A stretch of DNA of 64,000 bases from Glycera tridactyla (lineage: Eukaryota): positions 94,054,001-94,118,000 of the forward strand of contig OZ286471.1 of NCBI GenBank assembly GCA_965644265.1, given 5' to 3'. This document shows positions 62,621 through 64,000 of the stretch, one piece after another. Position 1 is the stretch's first letter. Each line of letters starts with the position of its first letter. The position numbers were made by a program, and so were the translations under genes. The notes under the pieces were generated by a model. That model had not been told where the DNA came from. It worked only from the letters and a program-made list of their open reading frames with translations, and made no database searches.

Positions 62621-64000
62621 GATTCAGAAAGTCTCTATCTGTCATTATTGTTGTTTTGTTTGTTTCAGCTTTTTGTCTGCTGTTTATACAACCTCCAGAA
62701 TGAACAGATTCTTAATGATTCAGAAAGTCTCTATCTGTCATTATTGTTGTTTTGTTTGTTTCAGCTTTTTGTCTGCTGTTTATACAACCTCCAGAATGAA
62801 CAGATTCTTAATGATTCAGAAGGTCTCTATCTGTCATTATTGTTGTTTTGTTTGTTTCAGCTTTTTGTCTGCTGTTTATACAACCTCCAGAATGAACAGA
62901 TTCTTAATGATTCAGAAGGTCTCTATCTGTCATTATTGTTGTTTTGTTTGTTTCAGCTTTTTGTCTGCTGTTTATACAACCTCCAGAATGAACAGATTCT
63001 TAATGATTCAGAAGGTCTCTATCTGTCATTATTGTTGTTTTGTTTGTTTCAGCTTTTTGTCTGCTGTTTATACAACCTCCAGAATGAACAGATTCTTAAT
63101 GATTCAGAAGGTCTCTATCTGTCATTATTGTTGTTTTGTTTGTTTCAGCTTTTTGTCTGCTGTTTATACAACCTCCAGAATGAACAGATTCTTAATGATT
63201 CAGAAGGTCTCTATCTGTCATTATTGTTGTTTTGTTTGTTTCAGCTTTTTGTCTGCTGTTTATACAACCTCCAGAATGAACAGATTCTTAATGATTCAGA
63301 AGGTCTCTATCTGTCATTATTGTTGTTTTGTTTGTTTCAGCTTTTTGTCTGCTGTTTATACAACCTCCAGAATGAACAGATTCTTAATGATTCAGAAGGT
63401 CTCTATCTGTCATTATTGTTGTTTTGTTTGTTTCAGCTTTTTGTCTGCTGTTTATACAACCTCCAGAATGAACAGATTCTTAATGATTCAGAAGGTCTCT
63501 ATCTGTCATTATTGTTGTTTTGTTTGTTTCAGCTTTTTGTCTGCTGTTTATACAACCTCCAGAATGAACAGATTCTTAATGATTCAGAAGGTCTCTATCT
63601 GTCATTATTGTTGTTTTGTTTGTTTCAGCTTTTTGTCTGCTGTTTATACAACCTCCAGAATGAACAGATTCTTAATGATTCAGAAGGTCTCTATCTCTCA
63701 TTATTGTTGTTTTGTTTGTTTCAGCTTTTTGTCTGCTGTTTATACAACCTCCAGAATGAACAGATTCTTAATGATTCAGAAGGTCTCTATCTCCCATTAT
63801 TGTTGCTTTGTTTGTTTCAGCTTTTTGTCTGCTGTTTATACAACCTCCAGAATGAACAGATTCTTAATGATTCAGAAGGTCTCTATCTGTCATTATTGTT
63901 GTTTTGTTTATTTCAGCTTTTTGTCTGCTGTTTATACAACCTCCAGAATGAACAGATTCTTAATGATTCAGAAGGTCTCTATCTCTCATTATTGTTGTTT
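62621..64000 (+). repeat. Minisatellite, 96-bp unit = 48 nt intron end with acceptor + 48 nt exon start, at least 14.4 copies, running off the window end
   Basis: GATTCAGAA recurs every 96 bp from 62621, and each unit contains ...TTTGTTTCAG|CTTTTTGTCTGCTGT. Confidence 0.97.
62669..62719 (+). CDS. PLEKHG5: First of at least 14 tandem copies of the next DH-domain exon start, LFVCCLYNLQNEQILND. The functional copy is probably the last one, beyond the window end.
   Basis: Acceptor gttgttttgtttgtttcag|CTT, phase 0, continuing ...VIRD. Matches recalled PLEKHG5 LFLCCLLNLQESGLLCE. No canonical donor follows any copy inside the window. Confidence 0.75.

Noticed and set aside
1-64000. CRISPR array interpretation of the tandem repeats
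   Set aside because: Units are contiguous near-identical copies without unique spacers, there are no cas genes, and the context is a spliced eukaryotic gene.

Overview
This is eukaryotic (animal, invertebrate-like) intron-rich genomic DNA, not a prokaryotic locus. It contains 12 runs of N. The only gene I can identify is a + strand PLEKHG5/PLEKHG6-family RhoGEF: four exons at 46498-46755, 48308-48469, 54397-54552 and 59868-59963, plus the start of the next DH-domain exon, which is repeated at 62669 onward. About 20 kb (roughly a third of the window) is 12 mutually unrelated minisatellite arrays with 25-96 bp units. The rest is MITEs (Tc1/mariner-type, hAT-type), Helentron-type HINE elements with internal satellites, SINE/LINE fragments and microsatellites. 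All very long ORFs in the track are artefacts of these arrays. The most notable observation is that two consecutive RhoGEF introns carry large arrays whose units straddle the splice junction. One has about 59 copies of an 81-bp exon-end+donor unit, and the other at least 14 copies of a 96-bp acceptor+exon-start unit. Both units are multiples of 3 and largely open in the coding frame, and both leave one intact exon at the array edge. Several other arrays show weaker versions of the same splice-site-anchored architecture. Similarities to human PLEKHG5 are recalled from memory, not from a database search.
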